Origin: Ignavibacteriota bacterium | GTDB lineage: Bacteria > Bacteroidota > Ignavibacteria > Palsa-1295 | Assembly (NCBI GenBank): GCA_963794025.1 | Contig: CAWCCK010000003.1 | Coordinates: forward strand, 2,414 to 66,413 | Length of the DNA stretch: 64,000 bases | Direction of reading: 5' to 3' | Shown: in pieces, positions 1-8,388 of the stretch | Position numbering within the stretch: position 1 is the first letter of the stretch | Layout: every line of letters begins with the position of its first letter | The notes under the pieces: model-generated | Seen by the model: the letters and a program-made list of their open reading frames with translations, nothing else | What the model was told of the DNA's origin: nothing | The model's database searches: none | Made by a program: the position numbers and the translations under genes

Positions 1-846
1 TGCTATCACGCGAGCAGATAATGTCGCGGTGTATCTCGAAAAAGTGTGGAGCATTGATCCGACCCGCATGAAGCTCGAACAGCGTGGACTTCCCGAAAAG
101 CCATCCTCGCTTACCGAACAGGATGGTAAAGAAGAAAACCGCCGCGTGGAAATTGCGGCGTCCGATCCCGCTATTCTCGCGCCGGTTAATTCTGGCAGAT
201 ACACAACTAACGACCAATCCGCCCGGGTATGGAATTCGTGCCGAGCGTTCACGCGCAAGCCGGAGTGAAAAATTGGGATATGTACGTCACGCAGCCCGTG
301 ATGACGCTCTATCACGAACATGGAATCGGAAGTAAACCGAAGACGTGGGACTGGGATCTTAGTTCCGTCTCTGCGAAGATACCGCGTACCGAAGATACGA
401 TCGAATATGGCCTGACCATTACCGATTCCACCGGACGCGAAGAAACCACGATAGGAACGATTCCCGTTCGCCAGAAAACGATCAGCAAGAAACGTTTGGA
501 ACGATTGAAGGATAAGATCATCGAGCGGTACACCCTCGTGCTGTTCGATTTCGGTTCCTCGAAGATCGATCCCCAAAATCAGCGCGCCATCGACTACATT
601 CGCAAGCAGATCACGCCGGGAACCTCCACCTACATCACCGGCTATGCCGACCGCACCGGCGAGGAAGCCCTCGATCAGCAGCTCACCGAAGACCGCGCCA
701 ACGCCGTCGCTAAACAGCTCGGCGCTACGGATTACGTAGCAAAGGGCGTCGGTAAATCACAACTGCTCTTCGATAACAATACGCCCGAAGGCCGCTTCTA
801 TTCCCGAACGGTTAATATCACGCTGTATAAGACGATCAATCAGTAG
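1..846 (+). CDS. OmpA/MotB-family protein, 3' part. First OmpA_C-like domain ends ...NRRVEI in frame 2 (ORF 29..268); second OmpA-like domain is in frame 1 (ORF 229..846). Apparent frame discontinuity at about 200-268.
   Basis: NRRVEI motif and a second domain (LVLFDFGSSKID...GYADRTG...RANAVAKQL) typical of the OmpA C-terminal peptidoglycan-binding fold. The paralog at 59277..61487 has the same two-domain order in one continuous frame. Confidence 0.6.
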
Positions 847-849
847 GAC

Positions 850-945
850 TGTCTGAACCATGATTTTAGGAGATTTTGGAGATTAAGAATGATAGGACTA
901 CCATCTAAATAATCTCTAAAATCTCCTAAAATCATGGTTCAGACA
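850..945. repeat. Hairpin (MITE-like) element, family B. Near-perfect inverted ends TGTCTGAACCATGATTTTAGGAGATTTT / AAAATCTCCTAAAATCATGGTTCAGACA. Likely also acts as a terminator for the convergent flanking genes.
   Basis: 27-bp inverted repeat read directly. Same termini recur at 13997-14020 and 31145-31273. Confidence 0.7.
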
Positions 946-967
946 ATTTCTTCGTATCCTACGCGGG

Positions 968-1165
968 CTAAGTTTGTGAAGGAATAGCGCCCACCCGCTC
1001 TTCTCTCACCACTTTCATAGTTCCATCCGCTTGCGGAACGACCCATTGCAGCAACCCCGGTTCCGGCGAGATCACCATTGGCTCACCGGAGCGGCGGTGT
1101 TGTTCTATTACTTTATCAATGGCACGCTGGCCTGCTTCTATTACTGGGTCAATTAGCTGTTCCAT
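968..1165 (-). CDS. Small hypothetical protein (~65 aa from the internal Met; MEQLIDPVIEAGQRAIDKV...). Overlaps the 3' end of the zeta-like gene by about 17 nt.
   Basis: ORF track entry 968..1264. Start inferred at the internal ATG because upstream codons overlap the zeta-like CDS in another frame. No recognisable domain. Confidence 0.3.
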   Translation of the reverse strand: MEQLIDPVIEAGQRAIDKVIEQHRRSGEPMVISPEPGLLQWVVPQADGTMKVVREERVGAIPSQT

Positions 1166-1739
1166 ATTTCCTCCATAAAGCTTCGTACTTAATTTCGTCA
1201 ACAACAATTCGTTTCGTCGAAGTCCCCGAGGCGATAGGATTGAAAATTTTAGACGAATTATCAATTATTCGCCATTCGTCAGCCAATGGCAAATAAAGCT
1301 CGAAGAAGTTTTGCAGGCTTCGATCGTATCTGCGGAGCACGTCTTCGCGCGGCACGTTGTGTCCACCTTCACGCACCCTATCAGCAATTCTATTGAGTGA
1401 TAACTCTACCGAATTGAGATAAATGTAATACAGCCGAACGTCATACCCGAGTTCTTTCGCTTTTTCAATGAGAGCAAGATATGTTTTTCCACTCAAAGTC
1501 GTTTCTAACGCAAAAGAGACTTTTTCATCAATGAGTTGATGAACACGGGTGAGCAAAATTCTTCCCGCCTCGATCATTGCACCTTCCGGCTCGAATGGTG
1601 AAATGCCTTTTGCGATCAGGTCGGCATTGACGAACTCACGGACATTCGTGTACTCCGGCAAATAGGTATTGATGAATGTCGTCTTGCCAGCCCCGTTCGG
1701 TCCGGCGATGATGAGGAGTTCGGGATTATGGTCAGACAT
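1149..1739 (-). CDS. Zeta-toxin-like P-loop kinase / AAA-type ATPase (PezT/zeta family). An alternative start at 1823 adds 28 aa.
   Basis: Walker A LLIIAGPNGAGKTT and overall zeta-toxin domain layout (…FVNADLI…ETTLSG…YDVRLYYIYL…). ATG at 1739 precedes the P-loop. Confidence 0.75.
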   Translation of the reverse strand: MSDHNPELLIIAGPNGAGKTTFINTYLPEYTNVREFVNADLIAKGISPFEPEGAMIEAGRILLTRVHQLIDEKVSFALETTLSGKTYLALIEKAKELGYDVRLYYIYLNSVELSLNRIADRVREGGHNVPREDVLRRYDRSLQNFFELYLPLADEWRIIDNSSKIFNPIASGTSTKRIVVDEIKYEALWRKYGTAN

Positions 1740-1830
1740 ACGTTTCAGGTATAGGAAACGCCAATAATGCTTAATCCGTGCAGTGAGACACTCAAAATTT
1801 CCGTTTTTAAACATCCGCTCCAAGAATGTG

Positions 1831-1862
1831 CTATATTAGGTACTACTTTGATGGGCACCTAT
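1831..1862. promoter_or_regulatory. Candidate operator/promoter motif TATATTAGGT-N8-GATGGGCACCTAT upstream of the zeta-like gene. Core palindrome ATGGG-CA-CCTAT.
   Basis: Same core ATAGGCACCTAT found at 5102-5113 (dinB) and 38431-38442 (ssb). Extended match at 32197-32227. Confidence 0.4.
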
Positions 1863-2047
1863 TCTTGAGGAAAAGATTAATTATGAAGTATGAATTATGA
1901 AAGGGAAGAAATCAATTAGCTTTCAACGGAAGTCAATTATGAATACTTGTTGAAACAAATGTGCGAAATTGACTCATAAACGAGGTTTGTACGAAGTATT
2001 AAACGCGCACAACAACAAAGACAACTATTTCTGGAGGAACAGTAATT

Positions 2048-3082
2048 ATGCGAGGAACAACCTTACTGACACAAAACCGATTCGAAGCCACGCACCGCGA
2101 AACCTTCGACGATGGCTGGGAAACGCTATCCGAAGAATTGCCGGTGCTGCAAACGCAATTTATTCCGGATCACGCGAAGAGCATTCTGTTCAAGAATGAC
2201 AGTCCGGATATTCCGACGGCGTACTCGCTAAATGCGTATCGCGGGTGCGAGCATGGCTGCGCATATTGCCGCGCCAGACCGTACCATGAATATCTCGGAT
2301 TCAATGCCGGCATTGATTTCGAAACGAAAATTATGGTCAAGCACGACGCGCCGGAATTGCTGCGTAAGGAATTTAGCAATCCGCACTGGATGCCGCAATC
2401 TATTATGATGAGCGGCAACACGGATTGCTATCAGCCCGCCGAGCGTGAACATAAGCTGACGCGGAAACTGCTGGAAGTATTTCTGGAATTTCGGAATCCG
2501 GTGAGCATTCTTACGAAGAACGCGCTCATCCTGCGCGATCTCGATCTGCTGAAAGAACTTGCGGAACTGAATCTTGTGCGAACGATGCTTTCGATCACTT
2601 CGATAGACCCAGAACTTCGCCGGAAACTCGAACCGCGTACTTCTACTGTAGATAGGAAATTCAAAGCGATGGAAGAGCTTGCCAAAGCGAATGTGCCCGT
2701 CGGCGTGATGGTCGGGCCGATCATTCCGGGACTGAACGATAACGAAGTTCCACAAATTCTGAAACGGGCGAGCGAGAACGGCGCGAAATGGGTCGCGCAT
2801 ACGATCTTGCGCTTGCCCTACGCCGTTGCGCCGATCTTTACGGATTGGATCGAGAAAAATTATCCGGAAAAAGCAGGCCGTGTAATGACGCGCATCCGCA
2901 TGATACGAGGCGGGAAATTAAACGATCCCAACTTTGGAACGCGCATGTCCGGCATCGGCGGCTACGCAGATTACATGCACAACGTCATCAAAGTGCTATC
3001 GCTAAAATATGGCATGACGGGTCACCGGGAACCGCTATCTGTGGATCAATTCCGAAGAGCCGGCGCGTGGGGGTTGTTTTGA
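2048..3082 (+). CDS. splB: Radical SAM protein, spore-photoproduct-lyase-like DNA repair enzyme (SplB / COG1533 family).
   Basis: CxxxCxxC cluster in YRGCEHGCAYCRAR plus downstream SPL-family conservation. Confidence 0.8.
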   Translation: MRGTTLLTQNRFEATHRETFDDGWETLSEELPVLQTQFIPDHAKSILFKNDSPDIPTAYSLNAYRGCEHGCAYCRARPYHEYLGFNAGIDFETKIMVKHDAPELLRKEFSNPHWMPQSIMMSGNTDCYQPAEREHKLTRKLLEVFLEFRNPVSILTKNALILRDLDLLKELAELNLVRTMLSITSIDPELRRKLEPRTSTVDRKFKAMEELAKANVPVGVMVGPIIPGLNDNEVPQILKRASENGAKWVAHTILRLPYAVAPIFTDWIEKNYPEKAGRVMTRIRMIRGGKLNDPNFGTRMSGIGGYADYMHNVIKVLSLKYGMTGHREPLSVDQFRRAGAWGLF

Positions 3083-3145
3083 AGGGTAAAGCAATCAGCA
3101 CTTTCTATCGGGTATCTTTGTATTCTTTGAAGAAAGGAAGAAATT

Positions 3146-3346
3146 ATGCAACCATATCACGCCGAAGCTATTATTAATCAGGAAGGCAAAATCATTCTGT
3201 CGCTGCCGTTTCCAGCGGGCAAGAAGGTGGACGTTGTAGTCCTGCCTTCCGACGAGGACATTGAAGATAAGGATTGGAAAAAAATGGCTCTCAAACATTT
3301 CCTCGATGGCTATGCGGACGAGGACTCGGTTTATGATGCGCTTTGA
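3146..3346 (+). CDS. Small (66 aa) acidic protein, antitoxin-like (beta-hairpin 'GKIILSLP…KVDVVVLP' then an acidic tail). Hypothetical.
   Basis: Complete ORF with AGGAAG Shine-Dalgarno-like sequence 8 nt upstream. Lower GC than the flanks. Family assignment is weak. Confidence 0.4.
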   Translation: MQPYHAEAIINQEGKIILSLPFPAGKKVDVVVLPSDEDIEDKDWKKMALKHFLDGYADEDSVYDAL

Positions 3347-3416
3347 GTAATGGTTCCTTCCCTGCTTTTGTTGCTTTTTTAGCTGTTAGGTTTTAATATT
3401 AATGGAGGATAAAATC

Positions 3417-3782
3417 ATGGTTAATAAAATAATTAGTTATTTCGATCTTCAATCCGAACACAGAGAAATCGTCGCTAAGGGGAATGCTGCGAGTGCCAAA
3501 AATACTTATGTTCTTCCGCAATATCTCATCGTTTCTGCTGGTGTAGTTATTGAACCATTCTTGAGGATTTATGTACAAAGTGGCACATGGGGGATTGACT
3601 CTTCCATCGTGTTTGGAAGAATTATATTCGGGCTTATCATGGGAATCATTCTTTTGCCACCAGCTTATAAAGCGACATTTGATACGGAGAAACCAATCTT
3701 CGTGCAACTCGCCGCATTGCTCCCCATAGGGATAGGATGGCAATCGCTTTTCAGTGCTTTGACAAAAATCACATTAGGATAA
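3417..3782 (+). CDS. Small multi-pass membrane protein (hypothetical). The ORF track begins at 3402. GGAGGA at 3404-3409 favours the ATG at 3417.
   Basis: Three hydrophobic segments (YLIVSAGVVIEPFL, IVFGRIIFGLIMGIILLP, LAALLPIGIGW). AT-rich. Confidence 0.5.
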   Translation: MVNKIISYFDLQSEHREIVAKGNAASAKNTYVLPQYLIVSAGVVIEPFLRIYVQSGTWGIDSSIVFGRIIFGLIMGIILLPPAYKATFDTEKPIFVQLAALLPIGIGWQSLFSALTKITLG

Positions 3783-3790
3783 ATTTTCTT

Positions 3791-4972
3791 ATGCTCATAG
3801 ATTATCTTAGATATGTTGCTTTTAAAGGACACCTTCGTGGCTTCTTCGAAAAGGGATTATATAATTATGTTAAGCAGGACGAGACTACGGGGCAGCACCT
3901 GCGTTTTTCTCCAGAATTCATAGACGAGAGACTTGGTTTGCGTGGACAAGAGGTAATTCATGACCTTTATTGTATGCCTCTCTCGAAGGATTTAATTTTC
4001 GAACGAATGAAATCCCGAATCGGAATATCGGGTGGCCCTGACGGAATTAGACGTTCTCCGTTTCGTGTTGGTGGTGAGCCGTCTTGCTTCACTTACAACG
4101 ACGGTGAAAATAGTTCTCCAAAACTTGAGATTATAGTAGATATAGATCCAAAGCATTGGAATGAGGGTTTTTCTGAAACAACCAATTACGAAGGCACACC
4201 GATTATATTCAGGCAAGCTGGAGTTGCAAGAGCTAACATTAATAGTGGCGATAAGCTATTCGACTCGAAGCTGGGAACGAAAAAATATGGAACTCTTTGT
4301 GGTATATTTTCTACATCGAAAAGCGAATATTGGGGTCTGACATGTGAGCATGTTGTGCGGAACTGGTCCCATGTTTCAATTGAGCACATTTATAAAGTCG
4401 GAAAATTTCGAAGTAAAAAAAACCGGAGTATTTTGGGTGATGTGTGCTACAAAGAAGTCTGTGGTGAGTTTAGAGATTTTGAACAGGTCAGGACTCAACT
4501 TGATGCGGTACTGATTGCGTTGGAGCCGTCTTATATAATAGAGTCTGAGATGCATAAGGACGAACATCGTGCTACGGTGAAACCAATCTCGGAAATTCTT
4601 CAAGAAGAACCTATCCTTTTTCGTGGCGCAGGGAGGATTCGAGAAACTCTCGCCCGCGTGTCTGCCGTAACCGTGAGAAAATCAATTGACCTTTACAATG
4701 ATGGTAAACTGAAAAGTGTTGGAGACGTTCTTATGCTTGGTCATGAACGTCCAATGTACATCGCACAACCTATTAGCAGAGGTGGAGATTCTGGTGCTGC
4801 TGTTCGGCAAAGTTTTTCATCCGTTGGAGGATACCGTGAGCATAATCAATGGTTCGGGATGGTATTGGGGTCTGATGGCGAAGGGGCATACGCAACACAT
4901 GCTGAAAATCTCTTTGCATGGGCTCAGCAGGTGCTGGTAAACCCTGATATTGAATTTCTATATGAGGTTTGA
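3791..4972 (+). CDS. Trypsin-fold (S1 / chymotrypsin-like) serine protease domain protein with an unrecognised ~240-aa N-terminal domain.
   Basis: Catalytic triad context: His in GLTCEHVV, Asp in LDAVLIALE, Ser in SRGGDSGAAV (classic GDSG). ATG at 3791 directly follows the upstream gene's stop. AT-rich. Confidence 0.7.
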   Translation: MLIDYLRYVAFKGHLRGFFEKGLYNYVKQDETTGQHLRFSPEFIDERLGLRGQEVIHDLYCMPLSKDLIFERMKSRIGISGGPDGIRRSPFRVGGEPSCFTYNDGENSSPKLEIIVDIDPKHWNEGFSETTNYEGTPIIFRQAGVARANINSGDKLFDSKLGTKKYGTLCGIFSTSKSEYWGLTCEHVVRNWSHVSIEHIYKVGKFRSKKNRSILGDVCYKEVCGEFRDFEQVRTQLDAVLIALEPSYIIESEMHKDEHRATVKPISEILQEEPILFRGAGRIRETLARVSAVTVRKSIDLYNDGKLKSVGDVLMLGHERPMYIAQPISRGGDSGAAVRQSFSSVGGYREHNQWFGMVLGSDGEGAYATHAENLFAWAQQVLVNPDIEFLYEV

Positions 4973-5101
4973 GCCTCCCCCGCGCACATTCCGTTTGCAA
5001 GTGAAAATATATAACGACGTGAGCATGGAGGTACATAAACCTGTTCTCTCATGTTTTTCATCCCCGTCGTCCGAAAATGTATTATATTTGTCTATGCTAT
5101 T

Positions 5102-5113
5102 ATAGGCACCTAT
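5102..5113. promoter_or_regulatory. Palindrome ATAGGCACCTAT overlapping the dinB start codon. Candidate operator; TATATTTG (-7-like element) lies about 25 bp upstream.
   Basis: 12-bp inverted repeat ATAGG-CA-CCTAT, also present upstream of ssb and the zeta-like gene. Confidence 0.45.
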
Positions 5114-6398
5114 GAATCTCATCCTCTGTCATCTCGATATGGACGCGTTCTTCGCTTCGGTCGAAGAAAAGCACGATCCGAGCCTGCGCGGGAAACCCGT
5201 GCTGGTGTGCGCCGGCCCGGTGGGTCGCGGCGCGGTTGCCTCGTGCAATTATGTGGCGCGGCGGCTGGGCATAAAAACGGGCATGAGCACACAGGAAGCG
5301 ATGCGTCAATTTCCGCAAGCGGTTCCCGTGCGCGCGAATTACGAGCGGTATCAGGAGGCGTCCGAGCAAATCCTGCGGATCATCTACCGTTTCACCCCGG
5401 ATGTCGAGCCGCTTAGTTTGGATGAATCGTTTTTCGAATTCACGCACGTTCCGCGCTGGCGGGACGATCCGCTTGGGGCTGCTCAGGCCATTCAGCGCGC
5501 GATAGACGAGGAACTTCACCTCAGCTCATCCATCGGAATTGCAAGCGGGAAAGTATTAGCCAAAATTGGGAGCGATTTTAAGAAGCCGCATGGCATTACC
5601 CAAGTGCCGTTTGGTTACGAGCAGGATTGGATCGCCACGCTGCCCGTCGAAGCCGTGCCCGGCGTCGGACACGCAACGGAACGAAAACTTAAAGAGCTTG
5701 GCATTGAAGTATGCGGCGATATTTGCCAAATGGCTCCCGGCGTGCTGCGTAAGCTGTTCGGGAATGTACACGGGACATTTCTCTGGAACATGGCGCATGG
5801 CCGCGATGCGCGTCCGCTCATGAAACGCGGCGCGGCGAAATCCATTTCGCATCAAAGCACGCTGCAAAAAACGACGACGGATAAAGACTATGTGGAATCG
5901 CTCTTGCTCTACATCGCCGAGCGCTGTCTCTGGCGTTTACGGACGAGCAGCATGAGCACACGCAGCCTTTCCATCTATATGCGGTTCGCCGATCAACGAT
6001 TCGCGCAACGGGCCACGCATCTAAAAATTCCCACGCAATCGGAGCAGGTTATCTTCCCGCTCGTCTCAGAAATGACGCGCGAGATCTGGCTTGCAAATCC
6101 ACGCCCGCGTGTGACGTTCATCGGTGTGCATCTCTCGGATTTCCAACCCACCACGCCGCAGGAGAAATTATTCTTCGACGATACAGAAAAGAAAGAACGC
6201 CTTTCGCGCACGATGGGGAATCTTCGTGAAAAATTTCACTCCCCCATTGTTACCAGCGCGCGAACGTTTGGATTGCATCATTCCTATCGCCTCTCGCAAG
6301 CCGGACTTTCGTTCAGCACGGCGAGCGTCGAGGGAAAAGAAGCGGAAGAAATGCTGAAACGAGAAGCAGAGAAATTTATGGCGATGGAAACGGCATAA
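5112..6398 (+). CDS. dinB: DNA polymerase IV (Y-family translesion polymerase).
   Basis: N-terminus ILCHLDMDAFFASVE and the ImpB/UmuC fold throughout. Confidence 0.9.
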   Translation: MNLILCHLDMDAFFASVEEKHDPSLRGKPVLVCAGPVGRGAVASCNYVARRLGIKTGMSTQEAMRQFPQAVPVRANYERYQEASEQILRIIYRFTPDVEPLSLDESFFEFTHVPRWRDDPLGAAQAIQRAIDEELHLSSSIGIASGKVLAKIGSDFKKPHGITQVPFGYEQDWIATLPVEAVPGVGHATERKLKELGIEVCGDICQMAPGVLRKLFGNVHGTFLWNMAHGRDARPLMKRGAAKSISHQSTLQKTTTDKDYVESLLLYIAERCLWRLRTSSMSTRSLSIYMRFADQRFAQRATHLKIPTQSEQVIFPLVSEMTREIWLANPRPRVTFIGVHLSDFQPTTPQEKLFFDDTEKKERLSRTMGNLREKFHSPIVTSARTFGLHHSYRLSQAGLSFSTASVEGKEAEEMLKREAEKFMAMETA

Positions 6399-6604
6399 TA
6401 AAAAAATAATATGGCTTCGGAAACCAATTTACTCATTTTGGGTTTCCATAGTTCTTCACAGAGTGGTTCATCGTGGCGATCCAGTAAAAATGATGGGTAA
6501 CGATACAATGAATTCATAATCTGCTGGATCGAAACCTTAGCGATAAATGAGCGTATCGTGCCTTTGGAAACTAACGAATCGATTCTGGTTTCCTCAGATT
6601 CCTC

Positions 6605-7303
6605 ATGCATCCAGACTCCACTATCGTTAAACCGACTACCGATCTCCGCAGCCGCATCGTCGATGCGGCACGAGAGCTTTTTCACGAGCATGGGTATTCG
6701 AAAGTATCGGCCAGCGAGATCGCGCAGGCTATCGGTATCAGCAAAAAGACGCTGTACCGCGAGTTCGAAACGAAGGAGGATATTCTTCGCGCCGTCATTC
6801 TGCCGAAGCTGAAAGAATCGGCAAAAAAGATCGATTCGATCCTTGCCGATCGCGCGATGCCGTTTCTGGATAAGCTGAAAGAAGTGATGTCCATGATCGG
6901 TTTTCAGCATCAGCGGGTTTCGCCGGTGCTTTCGCGCGATGTGTTCATTCACGCGCCGGAAGTGTGGCGGGAAATTCACGAAGTGAAACAAGCGCGATTC
7001 CGAAAATTCGGAACGCTGATCGAAGAAGGAATCGAACGCGGAGTATTTCGCTCGGATGTTCCGGCGGAAATCATTTTACGCAGTTATACGGCAGCCGTCG
7101 AGAGCCTAATGGTTCCGCAAACGCTCAGCGAGCTTCCTTGCACGGCACAGGTAGCGTTTCAAAGTTTGATTAAAATTTTATTCGAAGGCATTTTGGAAAC
7201 CGACGCGCGAAAAAATCTTCTGAAGCGGAAAACACCGCTTAAGAAGAACACGCGCCCCGTGGCAACGCGGTCACGCAATAAAAAAATAGTTCATTCGTCA
7301 TAA
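6605..7303 (+). CDS. TetR/AcrR-family transcriptional regulator.
   Basis: HTH YSKVSASEIAQAIGISKKTLYREFETKEDIL. Lies upstream of the efflux operon. Confidence 0.8.
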   Translation: MHPDSTIVKPTTDLRSRIVDAARELFHEHGYSKVSASEIAQAIGISKKTLYREFETKEDILRAVILPKLKESAKKIDSILADRAMPFLDKLKEVMSMIGFQHQRVSPVLSRDVFIHAPEVWREIHEVKQARFRKFGTLIEEGIERGVFRSDVPAEIILRSYTAAVESLMVPQTLSELPCTAQVAFQSLIKILFEGILETDARKNLLKRKTPLKKNTRPVATRSRNKKIVHSS

Positions 7304-7326
7304 TAGCATTTTAAATCGTCTGATTA

Positions 7327-8388
7327 GTGTCAGACACTTTTTTCATCAATCGCATGGCAGAAACAAATACGGAAGAGCAAGTCAAAATAGAAAAAAAAGG
7401 CATCGTGCGCAGAGCGCTCCCCTTTCTTTTCCTGGCCATTCTTATCGCAGCCGGAATTTACGGCTGGCACATTATCCAATATAATAAAGTTCACGAGAAC
7501 ACGGACGATGCGCAGATCGATGTCGATGTGACGCCGATCATTCCGCGCGTGGCCGGTTTCGTGGCCGCTATTCGCGTCAACGATAACGACCGCGTGGATT
7601 CGAACGAGCTGCTCGTCACGCTCGATACGAATGATTTATCGCTAAAGATAAAATCAGCGGATGCGGCGCTTGCGAATGCTCAGGCCTCCGCGCTCTCTGC
7701 TGAGGCATCGGCTTCGGTTGCGCGCGCAAATGTTGTGACCGCAACCGTCAGCCGCCAAAAAGCTGCGGACGATCTCGCTCGCGCAAACGGCCTCTTCGCC
7801 GGCAGCGCGATCACCAAGCAGCAATTCGATAATTATAAATCCGCAGATGAAGTTGCCGAAGCGCAGTTAAAAAGCGCAAACGACATGGCCTCGGCATCCG
7901 AAGCGCAAGTGGCTGTTGCGAAATCGCAGATCGGGCAAAAGCAGGTCGATCTCGAAAATGCAAAATTGCAGATCACGTATGCCACTATCATCTCGCCGGT
8001 CGCGGGAATCGTAGCAAAACGCAATGTGGAAATTGGCGAATACATTCAAGCCGGTCAGCCGCTGATGGCTGTAACGCAGGGCGATATATGGATTACTGCG
8101 AATTTCAAAGAAACGCAATTATTTGACATGCACCCCGGTCAGCGCGCCGAGTTTGTAGTCGATGGCTACCCGGATTCGACATTCCACGGCACGGTGCAAT
8201 CCATCTCACCGGCTACGGGCGCGAAATTTTCGCTGTTGCCGCCGGATAATTCCACCGGCAATTTCGTAAAAGTTACCCAGCGCGTGCCGGTGAAAATTCT
8301 TGTCGATCGCGAGGATTATTCCAAATCCCCGCTCCGACCCGGCATGAGCGTGGATGTTACTATCGCTACAGGTGGCGATAAAAGGTAA
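7327..8388 (+). CDS. HlyD-family membrane fusion protein (EmrA-like).
   Basis: N-terminal TM, coiled-coil region, C-terminal beta-barrel motifs (…NFVKVTQRVPVKI…). Confidence 0.85.
   Translation: MSDTFFINRMAETNTEEQVKIEKKGIVRRALPFLFLAILIAAGIYGWHIIQYNKVHENTDDAQIDVDVTPIIPRVAGFVAAIRVNDNDRVDSNELLVTLDTNDLSLKIKSADAALANAQASALSAEASASVARANVVTATVSRQKAADDLARANGLFAGSAITKQQFDNYKSADEVAEAQLKSANDMASASEAQVAVAKSQIGQKQVDLENAKLQITYATIISPVAGIVAKRNVEIGEYIQAGQPLMAVTQGDIWITANFKETQLFDMHPGQRAEFVVDGYPDSTFHGTVQSISPATGAKFSLLPPDNSTGNFVKVTQRVPVKILVDREDYSKSPLRPGMSVDVTIATGGDKR

Noticed and set aside
3402-3416. ATG at 3402 as start of the small membrane protein
   Set aside because: The GGAGGA at 3404-3409 is positioned as a ribosome-binding site for the ATG at 3417. 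The 3402 start would place it inside the coding sequence. Kept as an alternative.
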